Positions 18,016 through 26,622 of a stretch of 58,242 nucleotides of DNA are shown here, in pieces (position 1 is the stretch's first letter; each line of letters opens with the position of its first letter). The notes beneath the pieces are model-generated. The model had not been told where the DNA came from and did not search any database. It saw nothing but the letters and a program-made list of their open reading frames with translations. This DNA comes from Candidatus Nomurabacteria bacterium GW2011_GWC2_42_20 (GTDB lineage: Bacteria; Patescibacteriota; Minisyncoccia; Phycocordibacterales; UBA1550). The translations under genes and the position numbers were made by a program. The stretch lies in contig LCDG01000008.1 of assembly GCA_000998425.1 (NCBI GenBank), positions 1-58,242 of the forward strand. Reading direction: 5' to 3'.

Positions 18016-18621
18016 TTATCTTAATGTAATCGTTGTGCGAAAAGCGTTCTCGTATACCCAATCTGTACTATTCGAGCTGTACCGAAAAGTCATCGCAACT
18101 TGTATAGCAGTCGTGGTCGCGTTTAAAATAGGGTTATAATTCTCAATTCGTGTAAAGGTTGGCGTATCGACCGTAACAGCACCCCCTGTAACAAGTTCTG
18201 GTTCACTCACATCAACCTTGCGACGAAGTGCGCCAGAAGACACATCATATAGGATTGTAGAACCAGCCACGGTGAGACTAAGTGTATTTGATGGTGTTCC
18301 AAAGATGGGGGTAGAGACCAGCGAAGCATTTTTTATATCTTGCTTTATGCGTTCCGAAGCAAAGCGCACCGCGCTATTTACCTCACTCCGCGCTTCAGAC
18401 TGTCCACGACCTTTTGACAGAGAAATAAAAGCATCTGAAACCACAACCATCAATCCAGAAAGTATTGCAACATATATCAAAAGCTCAAGGAGAGTGACGC
18501 CACGGGAGCGCGAAGCGCTACCACTGACCACTGACCACTGACCTTTAACAGCGGATTTTCGCATAGCGAAAATCCGCTGGTTGTTTGTGGGTTGCAAATT
18601 GTAAATTGTAAGTTGTTTCAT
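18016..18621 (-). CDS. Prepilin-type N-terminal cleavage/methylation-domain protein (pseudopilin)
   Basis: SRSRG|VTLLELLIYVAILSGLMVVV is a class III signal peptide. The start is ambiguous: M1 at 18621 or M20 at 18564. Confidence 0.75.
   Translation of the reverse strand: MKQLTIYNLQPTNNQRIFAMRKSAVKGQWSVVSGSASRSRGVTLLELLIYVAILSGLMVVVSDAFISLSKGRGQSEARSEVNSAVRFASERIKQDIKNASLVSTPIFGTPSNTLSLTVAGSTILYDVSSGALRRKVDVSEPELVTGGAVTVDTPTFTRIENYNPILNATTTAIQVAMTFRYSSNSTDWVYENAFRTTITLR
18521..18615. repeat. Heptamer-repeat leader element: (ccactga)x3, perfect 14-bp hairpin, (nnnnttg)x5
   Basis: ccactga x3 sits at 18521-18541. The hairpin cagcggattttcgc-ata-gcgaaaatccgctg sits at 18549-18579. Period-7 units ttgtttg/tgggttg/caaattg/taaattg/taagttg sit at 18581-18615. 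Confidence 0.8.
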
Positions 18622-18634
18622 GTCAGTTGTTCTT

Positions 18635-19450
18635 CTATGGCGCCCAACTCACAATAACATCATCAACTGTTGGTGTGTACGTACCGGCGACGACACAGTC
18701 ATCCGAGCAGATACGTATTTTATAACGAAAATAACGCTTATTATTCCACGCCAATCGGCAAGTTTCCGCATTTATTCCTGTCCCCAATAATTCTACCGCT
18801 GTATCCGACGCACCAGGGTCAAACCAGTCGCCCGACGAACAAGTAGCGCCACCGATATAGGTCCACGGTCCAGCAGAGTCATCTGCTGCCGCAAATTGAA
18901 AACGCACATGACCTTGGTTCAACCCTGGCCCACCAAGCACCCCCTTCCACATGACAGAATTATACCCTGCGCCATCTGCGCTTCCTGTCGAGTCAAAGAT
19001 TGCTGAAATAAGATCCCCATAAATAGGCATGCCTGCACACGATGGTGGCTTATATCGATGCGTCTCCGACATTTTGATACCAAGTCCATAAATCGTCACA
19101 CCAGGCACACCAGAAGGATTGAAGTTGAGAGAGTATGAGTATGAGCCTGCGGAGGAGATCTCAAATGGTGTTGGTGTGGCTCCAACGTTCGGAAGTGTGA
19201 ATGTTTTTGACGTTGCTCCATCGCCGTCGATCATAAATGTAATAGTTCCGCCACCAGTGTAAACACCTGACGTGGTGAAATGAATCGATTTAATCGGGTT
19301 TGTAACGCCAGTAAGGTCGTCTCCAATGTATAGAGTAAATGGGTACGATTGGTTTGTTGACACCGCAATATCAGAATCTGCAACCATGGTTTCGGTGGTT
19401 TTGATAATGCCAAATCCTAAGATAAAAAATAGTGAGCGTATAATTTTCAT
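18635..19450 (-). CDS. Exported hypothetical protein (pilus-operon associated)
   Basis: Signal-peptide-like MKIIRSLFFILGFGIIKT. Cys-containing C-terminal domain. Tight operon spacing. No family recognised. Confidence 0.6.
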   Translation of the reverse strand: MKIIRSLFFILGFGIIKTTETMVADSDIAVSTNQSYPFTLYIGDDLTGVTNPIKSIHFTTSGVYTGGGTITFMIDGDGATSKTFTLPNVGATPTPFEISSAGSYSYSLNFNPSGVPGVTIYGLGIKMSETHRYKPPSCAGMPIYGDLISAIFDSTGSADGAGYNSVMWKGVLGGPGLNQGHVRFQFAAADDSAGPWTYIGGATCSSGDWFDPGASDTAVELLGTGINAETCRLAWNNKRYFRYKIRICSDDCVVAGTYTPTVDDVIVSWAP

Positions 19451-19459
19451 AAGTAATAA

Positions 19460-20140
19460 TTATCGCACAATCATTGTCGTATTCCCTCTTGATGTCGAAA
19501 GTGCATATTGCCAAACGTCCCCATCTTCACTATAGAAAAAAATGAGTGAATTCAATGTAGCATCTGAAAATTGCGACAATGATTGCAGCGACTTGATTGC
19601 ATCGCCAGAATCATACCAATTCTTTGGCAATCCAAAACCAAAAGAAGTTGAGGTTACTTCTTTTTTTTCTATAATATTTTCACCAACAGTGGTAACCACA
19701 TATCCCTTCATTTTCGTTCTTGAACCAAATGCAATTTCCCATCCACTTGAAACACCCTCAGCTGTGACAGTCCCCAATGAATGAACGTACACAAGCTTCG
19801 CATCCTCTGCCCAAGTAAGAGCGATAGGCTCAGCAATCATATAACTTTCTTTCGATGTCTTCCCTCCTTCGATAACCACGCGTTCATCGCCAATAAAAGG
19901 GATTGCTTCCCCTGTCGAAATTATTTTTCGCCCACTCGCAACAGAAACACTGTCAACAACACGAGGAGCAGGTGTCTCTCTCACAATGCGCTCATTGTAA
20001 AAGATCGCTCGGTTTGCATTTCGAGGCCCACCATAATAAAGAACAACTCCAATGACAGAGATGACTATCAGGATAAGTGTTATCCAAGAAATTCGCTTAT
20101 GGTTGTTTATAAAATTATTCATATTATGGGGTATACGCAT
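19460..20140 (-). CDS. Membrane-anchored hypothetical protein (pilus-operon associated)
   Basis: Single N-terminal TM helix ISWITLILIVISVIGVVLYY. It overlaps the upstream gene by 17 nt. Confidence 0.6.
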   Translation of the reverse strand: MRIPHNMNNFINNHKRISWITLILIVISVIGVVLYYGGPRNANRAIFYNERIVRETPAPRVVDSVSVASGRKIISTGEAIPFIGDERVVIEGGKTSKESYMIAEPIALTWAEDAKLVYVHSLGTVTAEGVSSGWEIAFGSRTKMKGYVVTTVGENIIEKKEVTSTSFGFGLPKNWYDSGDAIKSLQSLSQFSDATLNSLIFFYSEDGDVWQYALSTSRGNTTMIVR

Positions 20141-21224
20141 ACGTTGTGATTATCCTTGCCGATAAGACGTACATACTTACAGTTGCTGGAGTAATGATGG
20201 CCTTGTTGCATGGAGGTGTTCCTAGTGGGTTGCCATTTGTACAAGGGGCCGCATCCTCTATGTTCAAATTTGCCTCCGTACCTGGTGATGGAATTCTGTA
20301 TAGAAAACGATACAATGTTGGGCTTGTGGCCTCCACAGCGTATGCTCGAGCCGGTGCCCCGTTAACCTGCAGAGTAATTGTTCCGCTTCCTCCAGACACA
20401 ACACCAAACAGCTCAACATATGAATTCTGTACAGCAGGAGTTGTCTCGGGAAGATTTAATGTAAAATAGTACGTTGTTTCTGCAGACACCACTCCAACAG
20501 CTCCGTCAATATACGCTTTTGTTGTCTTTGCTGGCTGAGAAATACTTGCGGTTGTGAATGAATAATTCGAGCTAATAGATTCATTTCCCGCAGCGTCCTT
20601 TGAACGCACACGGTAGTAATATGTTGTACCTGAGCTAAGATTTGAAAATGCAACACTATGCGCGTTGACCCTTGGAGAGGTGTCCGCAAGAGCTGTACAC
20701 TCACTAGTGCCTGCGCAATCATAACCGCCTATAAATGTTCCGCTAGTATCGTACTCGACACGACTTGTGGAAATCTCGCTCAATGTGTTCCATGTGATAG
20801 TCGCACTATTCGTTCCTGGTGTGCCAGATGACACACTTGTTATCCCAGGCGCAGTAGTGTCAATTTGAAAATCAGTTGATGTTTCTGGATTTACATCGTC
20901 AAAGGATACCCACGCGCTGTAATAATCTGACCCGCCCTTATTGTGTCGCACGCGTGCCTGCCAATGATACACTTCGTCGGCTGGAGTAATAGATATTGCA
21001 CATGTATTCCCAACGATTCCACAATCCACCGGTCCTGGCCCTGCAACACCGCTACCCTCAATAGCGCTGACACAGGCCCCAGCTCCGCAGGTAAACGCTG
21101 TGCCTATTGCCTTATACTCAACCTGCGGATACAGCGTACCTCCAGAAATACCAGGAACTTCCATAATCATGGTTAAATAAAGCGGTGTTGAACTAGCTAC
21201 TCCGTAAGACCAGAGTTCTTCCAT
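20124..21224 (-). CDS. FN3-domain protein without a signal peptide (possibly continuous with the upstream 1080-aa protein)
   Basis: The FN3 segment is TTAPGITSVSSGTPGTNSATITWNTLSEISTSRVEYD...TTYYYRVRSKDAAGNES. There is no N-terminal hydrophobic segment and no SD. It overlaps the upstream ORF by 28 nt. Confidence 0.6.
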   Translation of the reverse strand: MEELWSYGVASSTPLYLTMIMEVPGISGGTLYPQVEYKAIGTAFTCGAGACVSAIEGSGVAGPGPVDCGIVGNTCAISITPADEVYHWQARVRHNKGGSDYYSAWVSFDDVNPETSTDFQIDTTAPGITSVSSGTPGTNSATITWNTLSEISTSRVEYDTSGTFIGGYDCAGTSECTALADTSPRVNAHSVAFSNLSSGTTYYYRVRSKDAAGNESISSNYSFTTASISQPAKTTKAYIDGAVGVVSAETTYYFTLNLPETTPAVQNSYVELFGVVSGGSGTITLQVNGAPARAYAVEATSPTLYRFLYRIPSPGTEANLNIEDAAPCTNGNPLGTPPCNKAIITPATVSMYVLSARIITTYAYTP

Positions 21225-24200
21225 TGGTTTAAGCTAATTGGAGGAGTAGGAGTATTTGAAAGAACTGTAAATACTTTCCCGTTTGATGTATACGAATTGG
21301 AGGTAACAACCACGTCACCAGACACTGCTCCTGTAGGAATTGCAGTCACTATTGATGTTGCAGACCAGCTTGTAAACACAGTAGCCTGCACGGCGGATGT
21401 AAAGACAACTTTATTGTTTGCATCAAATGCTACTGGGCATCCTGCTCCCTGACAAAAATGATTTCCGTTTATTGTTACGCTATTCCCCTCGCTTCCGCTT
21501 GTTGGGACAAAATCAGTGATGCGTGGGAAAATACGAAAATTTGTTGAGGTATAGGTGTGCGTTTTATTATTTGAACCAACACCTTGCTGTACTACGAGAC
21601 TGCCAGTATATAATGCGGAGGATGGAACTCTTGCACGGATAAGTTCGTTCGTCCAGGATGGTGTCGTTGCTCCGATTCCGAAAATTTGAACGTATCCTCC
21701 TGTAGATGCTGTCCCGAAACGCGTACCATTTAAAAATATCTCTCCATCTGTAAGACCATTTGGACACACGGAATCACTCGCATTGTACTCACGCGCACCA
21801 TCACCAACAGGAAAACCTGCCGAATTACAAGTACTAAGACTAGTCACCTGTGGAAATACATAAAAGTTTAACCCTGCGCTCGTAGCCCCGGAGGCAGTAA
21901 CTGTCAGCGCGCTCGTTCCGCCAAACTCTGCGCCCCAATCTGTGTCTGTGTCTCCTGCAACAGCCGAGTCTGTTAAAAATGTGATTGATGTTGCAGACCA
22001 AGCAGTCACGTTTGCAGACGCAATCTGTTGTGCACCAATCTTGATATTATTTGTAGCCGACGACCTATTCCCCACTCCTGGATCTGCCCCGAATCCAATA
22101 CCTGCTATTGTGACTGTCTGCCTAAACCCAGCACCACCACCGATGCGCGCGCCACAGCCAGTACATGATGCCGTATAGTTGAGTCCTGCCTCTGTTTCGT
22201 TTGTGTATCCGTCCACAGAAAGCGTGACTGCTGCTACCGTTTCGGTGACAATAAGTTTTTCGCTGTTAGCGGTCGCGTTCATCGAAATACGCACACCCAA
22301 GGGGTCATCCCAAGAAAACTCAACGCCGAGTTTTGAACCAGCCGGAACGCCCGTTGCAGACAGACCAGCCAGACTGACGGTAAATTCTGTTCTGGTGGCG
22401 GTTAGTGCTTGTGTGGGTGGTGTACCGGTAAAATATACTTTAGCGCCACCTGGTTCAGTATAAAATAATTTGAGTGTAAGTATAGCGCTGGCAGATTGAG
22501 ATCTAGCCCTAAAACCAATACTCACACCAGTGACATCCATAGCAGACGCATAACCAGCTCCATTGTAATAAAATGAGAAGGTCGGAGCTGAGGAGCTCCA
22601 TATAATATCCCTAGTGGCGCCAGGGATACATGTCGCGTCATCAACATCATCCAACAATGATATTCCAGAAACTGTCCCAAGATTAGTATCTGACGCCACT
22701 GGGCAAACAGCATTTGTTGTAACAGCAGGAAGAGTCACTGCGGTTCCTGAGTTCAGATACCCGTAGTATGTTCTTGTGGGAACTGGCGTAAACGGCGACC
22801 CAGTTGGTACAACGCCGACATCATAGTTGCCATTTGTGTCTTTTGTAAAAATCTCGTAATGATACGCAGTGCCATTGGTGAGTCCAGTGTCATTACAGGT
22901 TGCCGTTGGCGTTGCCACCACGCATGCAACTATTGCGGTGCCGATAGTGTTACCTACAATATAGGTTGTCCCTTCCACTGGAACATCAGCGACTGCGACC
23001 GCTTCACGACGAAGCACTACAGCACTGTGGTAGTCCGCATCCACAGGGTTCGTCCAGCTCGTTGTTACTTGCCCGTTATCAACACTCCCACCCGCCCCCG
23101 TCACATTTCCGGGAGAAAGGTTGTCTATGGTGAGCGTTGAGCTGCCAGAATCCGTCCCAGCCTGCGGATTGGTGCTCGTAAAAGCAGTCACAGTACCTGT
23201 CACCGCATATGAAGCCCCAGGCACGGCGGGCATAGAACCATGCGAAATTGCAGTGATTCTTATTTTAAATTGCGTATTGGTGGTAGTGACAGGAATACCG
23301 CAACTTGTAAGTGTCGCCGTATCACCCGATGGCGTGGCGCTACAGTATGTGACAGTGTCACCATCATTGGTAATGGCGACGGTAGCCACACGCGCGCCGG
23401 TTCCCGCGGCAAGTGTTACCGTCGCGCCAGTAACTGTGTCGCTGCCAGAATTTGTCGCGAGTCCAAATGAATCAACATAACCCGCCGAGCCAGGAGCAAC
23501 GGTAGAATTCCCCGGCTCCGCGCTGACAAAATTACTGAGAGATGTTGTGGTGAGGGTCGGCGCCGGCTTAAACGCTATCGTAACGGCACCTCCTATACCA
23601 GCAGTCCACGCGCTCCATGCCGGGGGGTCGTAGGTCCCCGGAGCGCCAGCCACCACATAAGCCGTTTGAATATTAATATCATTTGAATCATTTCCAGCAG
23701 CTGCAGTGAAAAGCGTATAGCCACTGACTGTGCCACGCGATGTATCTATTACACTGTTTGCCGCATGAGTCACAACGAACGCTCCGTCAGTCTGCGTGAC
23801 AATAGCGGGACCGTTTGGAACCCACGACGACAACTGGCCAGTGCTGACTGCGACCTGGTCAAAAATAGCCGGATCAATAGTGGTACCATCTATCACATAA
23901 GCACCGTACGCAACGCCGTGTGCCGTACTGGCACCTCCCTCGCCTTGAACAGTTGTATCTGGTGTCACGCCCATAACCTTGTACCAAACTCCGAATTTCG
24001 GTCCTGTACTATTGATGGTAGCGATGGGTGTATATCCGGAGGTAATTGGACCAAAGGCTTGTGCATCGCTTGTGTTTCCACGACCGCCATACAAAATAAC
24101 AACATCTCCTGTTTGTGGAGCCCCTCCTCCGGTGTCAAATGTAAGCGTAATATCGCTACCATTCGTACCGCTCCCCTGTTTATTCGCGCCACGCAAAGCA

Positions 24201-24439
24201 ACCGCGGCGCGCGCCTCGTGAATCTTCACCCACCCGGCTACTTCATTAAGCGAATTGAATTTATCTACAATATTATCGTCTTGAGACAAATTCCATGCCT
24301 TATCCACAATGTTAGCAACTCTAGAGGATTCTTTGATTACGCTTGTTAAAGCGTAAAAAGGAATATTGGAAAACAATACGCTAAAAATGACTAGAAAGAG
24401 AAAACTATTGCGGAAAATTTTTAATGTTTTTTTTAACAT
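21197..24439 (-). CDS. Large exported surface protein (1080 aa): N-terminal anchor/signal, unknown domains, FN3-like module paralogous to the gene at 1-1753, three IPT/TIG-like C-terminal repeats
   Basis: N-terminus FRNSFLFLVIFSVLFSNIPFYA. The FN3-like block SWTNPVDADYHSAVVLRR...GTAYHYEIFTKDTNGN is present. IPT/TIG-like segments include PRITDFVPTSGSEGNSVTINGNHF...VVFTSAVQATVFTSWSATSIVTAIPTGAVSGDVVVT. Confidence 0.8.
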   Translation of the reverse strand: MLKKTLKIFRNSFLFLVIFSVLFSNIPFYALTSVIKESSRVANIVDKAWNLSQDDNIVDKFNSLNEVAGWVKIHEARAAVALRGANKQGSGTNGSDITLTFDTGGGAPQTGDVVILYGGRGNTSDAQAFGPITSGYTPIATINSTGPKFGVWYKVMGVTPDTTVQGEGGASTAHGVAYGAYVIDGTTIDPAIFDQVAVSTGQLSSWVPNGPAIVTQTDGAFVVTHAANSVIDTSRGTVSGYTLFTAAAGNDSNDINIQTAYVVAGAPGTYDPPAWSAWTAGIGGAVTIAFKPAPTLTTTSLSNFVSAEPGNSTVAPGSAGYVDSFGLATNSGSDTVTGATVTLAAGTGARVATVAITNDGDTVTYCSATPSGDTATLTSCGIPVTTTNTQFKIRITAISHGSMPAVPGASYAVTGTVTAFTSTNPQAGTDSGSSTLTIDNLSPGNVTGAGGSVDNGQVTTSWTNPVDADYHSAVVLRREAVAVADVPVEGTTYIVGNTIGTAIVACVVATPTATCNDTGLTNGTAYHYEIFTKDTNGNYDVGVVPTGSPFTPVPTRTYYGYLNSGTAVTLPAVTTNAVCPVASDTNLGTVSGISLLDDVDDATCIPGATRDIIWSSSAPTFSFYYNGAGYASAMDVTGVSIGFRARSQSASAILTLKLFYTEPGGAKVYFTGTPPTQALTATRTEFTVSLAGLSATGVPAGSKLGVEFSWDDPLGVRISMNATANSEKLIVTETVAAVTLSVDGYTNETEAGLNYTASCTGCGARIGGGAGFRQTVTIAGIGFGADPGVGNRSSATNNIKIGAQQIASANVTAWSATSITFLTDSAVAGDTDTDWGAEFGGTSALTVTASGATSAGLNFYVFPQVTSLSTCNSAGFPVGDGAREYNASDSVCPNGLTDGEIFLNGTRFGTASTGGYVQIFGIGATTPSWTNELIRARVPSSALYTGSLVVQQGVGSNNKTHTYTSTNFRIFPRITDFVPTSGSEGNSVTINGNHFCQGAGCPVAFDANNKVVFTSAVQATVFTSWSATSIVTAIPTGAVSGDVVVTSNSYTSNGKVFTVLSNTPTPPISLNQWKNSGLTE

Positions 24440-24442
24440 AAA

Positions 24443-25390
24443 TTATTCTTCATACTCGCTTATATAATTATACACCTTTCTAGAAATGTCCGCCATCATT
24501 TTTTGCGCAATTTGTTCATCTTTGTTTTTTGTCATAACGGTAAGGATATATGGTCTATCTTTTGCATACACGATGCCTGAGTCCAAAAACACATTCTCTT
24601 CGTCAGAGATACCTATCTTGTGAGCAAAAGTAATGTCTTCAGGGAGACCGCTCTGTATATAATCCTTAAAAGACGACTTAGATAAGTAAGAAAGCAGTTT
24701 CTGCGAGGATCCCTCAGACAAATATGACGCATTGTAGACAGAGCGTAGGATTACAGAATACCTTTTTGCGCTTAGATTACCTTTACCGGTGAGAAACCCA
24801 TCAAGTCCCATATGATTATAAACATCTTCAATTTCTTCTATTTCCAAATTTCTTGTCAGTATAAAATGGGCGGTGTTGTCAGAGTCAGACAAGGATCGGC
24901 GTACGAGTTCTTCTATTGAGTGGGCTGAGTTGCTGGGTTCCTTGTAGAGGTCCCCAAATCCGTCATCCTTATCGGCAGGCATCAAGACGAGCTCGTTTGC
25001 CCACTTCCATTCGCCATTTTCAATCTTTTTAGCCACAGCAATTGCCACTGGCAATTTCAATAAGCTTGCAGGATAAAACTCCGTATCCTTACTGATAGCA
25101 ATATTAGAACCAGTCGGAAGGTATTCAAAATAAATAGAAACATTTGGGTCCATCTCATACTTTTCATTCAAATAATCGCGAAGCGGTTGAAAATTAACAA
25201 TAAGGTCTTTTTGTTTGATAAATGCACGCGCTGGATTAAGCATTGAAAAACTCAATACGGCTACTCCATTTTCGACGCGTGACATAAAGAAGTATGTACC
25301 TACATTTGTAGCTCCGAGCACCACCAAAAAAATTGCGATATATATAACGCTGAGTTTTTTCTCTGATTGATGTTCCTGTTTCTTTTTCAT
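24443..25390 (-). CDS. Membrane-anchored class A beta-lactamase-like serine hydrolase
   Basis: TM anchor LSVIYIAIFLVVLGA. SxxK is present (PASLLKLPV), as is SDN (LSDSDNTAH) and a KxG variant (HKIG). Confidence 0.65.
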   Translation of the reverse strand: MKKKQEHQSEKKLSVIYIAIFLVVLGATNVGTYFFMSRVENGVAVLSFSMLNPARAFIKQKDLIVNFQPLRDYLNEKYEMDPNVSIYFEYLPTGSNIAISKDTEFYPASLLKLPVAIAVAKKIENGEWKWANELVLMPADKDDGFGDLYKEPSNSAHSIEELVRRSLSDSDNTAHFILTRNLEIEEIEDVYNHMGLDGFLTGKGNLSAKRYSVILRSVYNASYLSEGSSQKLLSYLSKSSFKDYIQSGLPEDITFAHKIGISDEENVFLDSGIVYAKDRPYILTVMTKNKDEQIAQKMMADISRKVYNYISEYEE

Positions 25391-25394
25391 ACAT

Positions 25395-26048
25395 TTATTG
25401 CAATTTCAATGTTCCCCCTGTCGTATTTATTTCCGTGCCAATCGGCCCAATTGACCCATAGGTTGTATCAGGACAATTTTTCCAACCACTCCCTATGCCA
25501 CCCGACCAATCCGTCTGATTGCATATCTTGTTGCGCCATCTAAAAAAGTAGTCGCTCACCACAACAGGACTCCCAGCCCCTAACCACTCGACAGTCACAG
25601 TTACCTTTTGCGTACTTGGATCATCATTTGCGGAGTCGTATGTTGACTCAACCATTCGCGTAGACAGGTCGCGACTTACATTATCAATCACAATATATCG
25701 CGTATACCTTGCAGTGTTGAGCGCGATAGTCTCATCCCCTGACACAAGTGTCCACTTCCCACCTACTACCGCAGGATAATAATGCTGGCTTCCTTTTGTA
25801 AGAGAATAGATATTTTGCCACTTTTCATCAACAACTCCGCGTGTGGCCTCGAGCGCCTCGCCTGCAAGCCCTATTGCCAAATCGCTTTCGCTGGAAATCT
25901 TGCCACTTTGCATACTTACCCACACGGCTTGCGAGCCTACTGAAAGAATCGCGGCGAGTATAGAGATAGAAATAAGGAGCTCTAGCAAAAGCACTCCGCG
26001 AGAATGATTCTTCTGTTTGATTTTAAATTTAGAATATTTTGATTTCAT
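25395..26048 (-). CDS. Prepilin-type N-terminal domain protein (pseudopilin)
   Basis: NHSRG|VLLLELLISISILAAILSVGS. Confidence 0.75.
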   Translation of the reverse strand: MKSKYSKFKIKQKNHSRGVLLLELLISISILAAILSVGSQAVWVSMQSGKISSESDLAIGLAGEALEATRGVVDEKWQNIYSLTKGSQHYYPAVVGGKWTLVSGDETIALNTARYTRYIVIDNVSRDLSTRMVESTYDSANDDPSTQKVTVTVEWLGAGSPVVVSDYFFRWRNKICNQTDWSGGIGSGWKNCPDTTYGSIGPIGTEINTTGGTLKLQ

Positions 26049-26049
26049 A

Positions 26050-26580
26050 TCAATATACTGTTCCTATATTCGAAATAGTGAGTGTTTGTGTTGAGCCCTC
26101 AGAATCAATAACGATGGTCGCTGGTGTTGTTGCGCCACTAATTTTTAAAAAAATAATATCCTTGCTTGTCCCTGCAGATGGGTCAGAAAAAGTTATTCCT
26201 GCTGGTAGCGTTGATGTAGAGATTGTTGTACCAGCAGCATAGTCTGTAGCTGTTGAAAAAAGCTCATAATACTGACTTCCACCATTTTCATTTACAATAT
26301 GCGCGCCCCATTTTAACCCATCCTCGCCTATCATTGATTTTGACCGCACATACCGGAGATCGCTCGCAATAGCCTTTGAAGCCGACTGAAGCTCAACATT
26401 CTTAACAAACCCACGATAAAATCCTGCTCCAGCAGAACCCAAAAGAGCAATAATAGAAATAACTATAAGAAGCTCGAGAAGGGAGAACCCGCGGGTACGC
26501 GGAGAATATTGAATATTGAATATTGAATGATGCAAACCAGATTCGTTCAACATTTTTTGTTTTTCTTTTTTTTCTTTCAT
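26050..26580 (-). CDS. Prepilin-type N-terminal domain protein, GspH/FimT-like pseudopilin
   Basis: RTRG|FSLLELLIVISIIALLGSAG, then ...SASKAIASDLRYVRSKS (GspH/FimT-like). The long leader is partly encoded by the heptamer tract. Confidence 0.8.
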   Translation of the reverse strand: MKEKKEKQKMLNESGLHHSIFNIQYSPRTRGFSLLELLIVISIIALLGSAGAGFYRGFVKNVELQSASKAIASDLRYVRSKSMIGEDGLKWGAHIVNENGGSQYYELFSTATDYAAGTTISTSTLPAGITFSDPSAGTSKDIIFLKISGATTPATIVIDSEGSTQTLTISNIGTVY

Positions 26581-26615
26581 ATTCTGTATTCCTTATTCAG
26601 TGTTCTATATTCTAC
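26504..26615. repeat. Inverted heptamer-array element A: (gaatatt)x3(+gaatg) ... (attcnnn)x5
   Basis: gaatatt x3 is perfect at 26504-26524. The units attctgt/attcctt/attcagt/gttctat/attctac lie at 26581-26615. The arms are complementary in kind (GAAT vs ATTC) and flank the start codon region of the pseudopilin gene. Confidence 0.8.
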
Positions 26616-26622
26616 CCAAATT

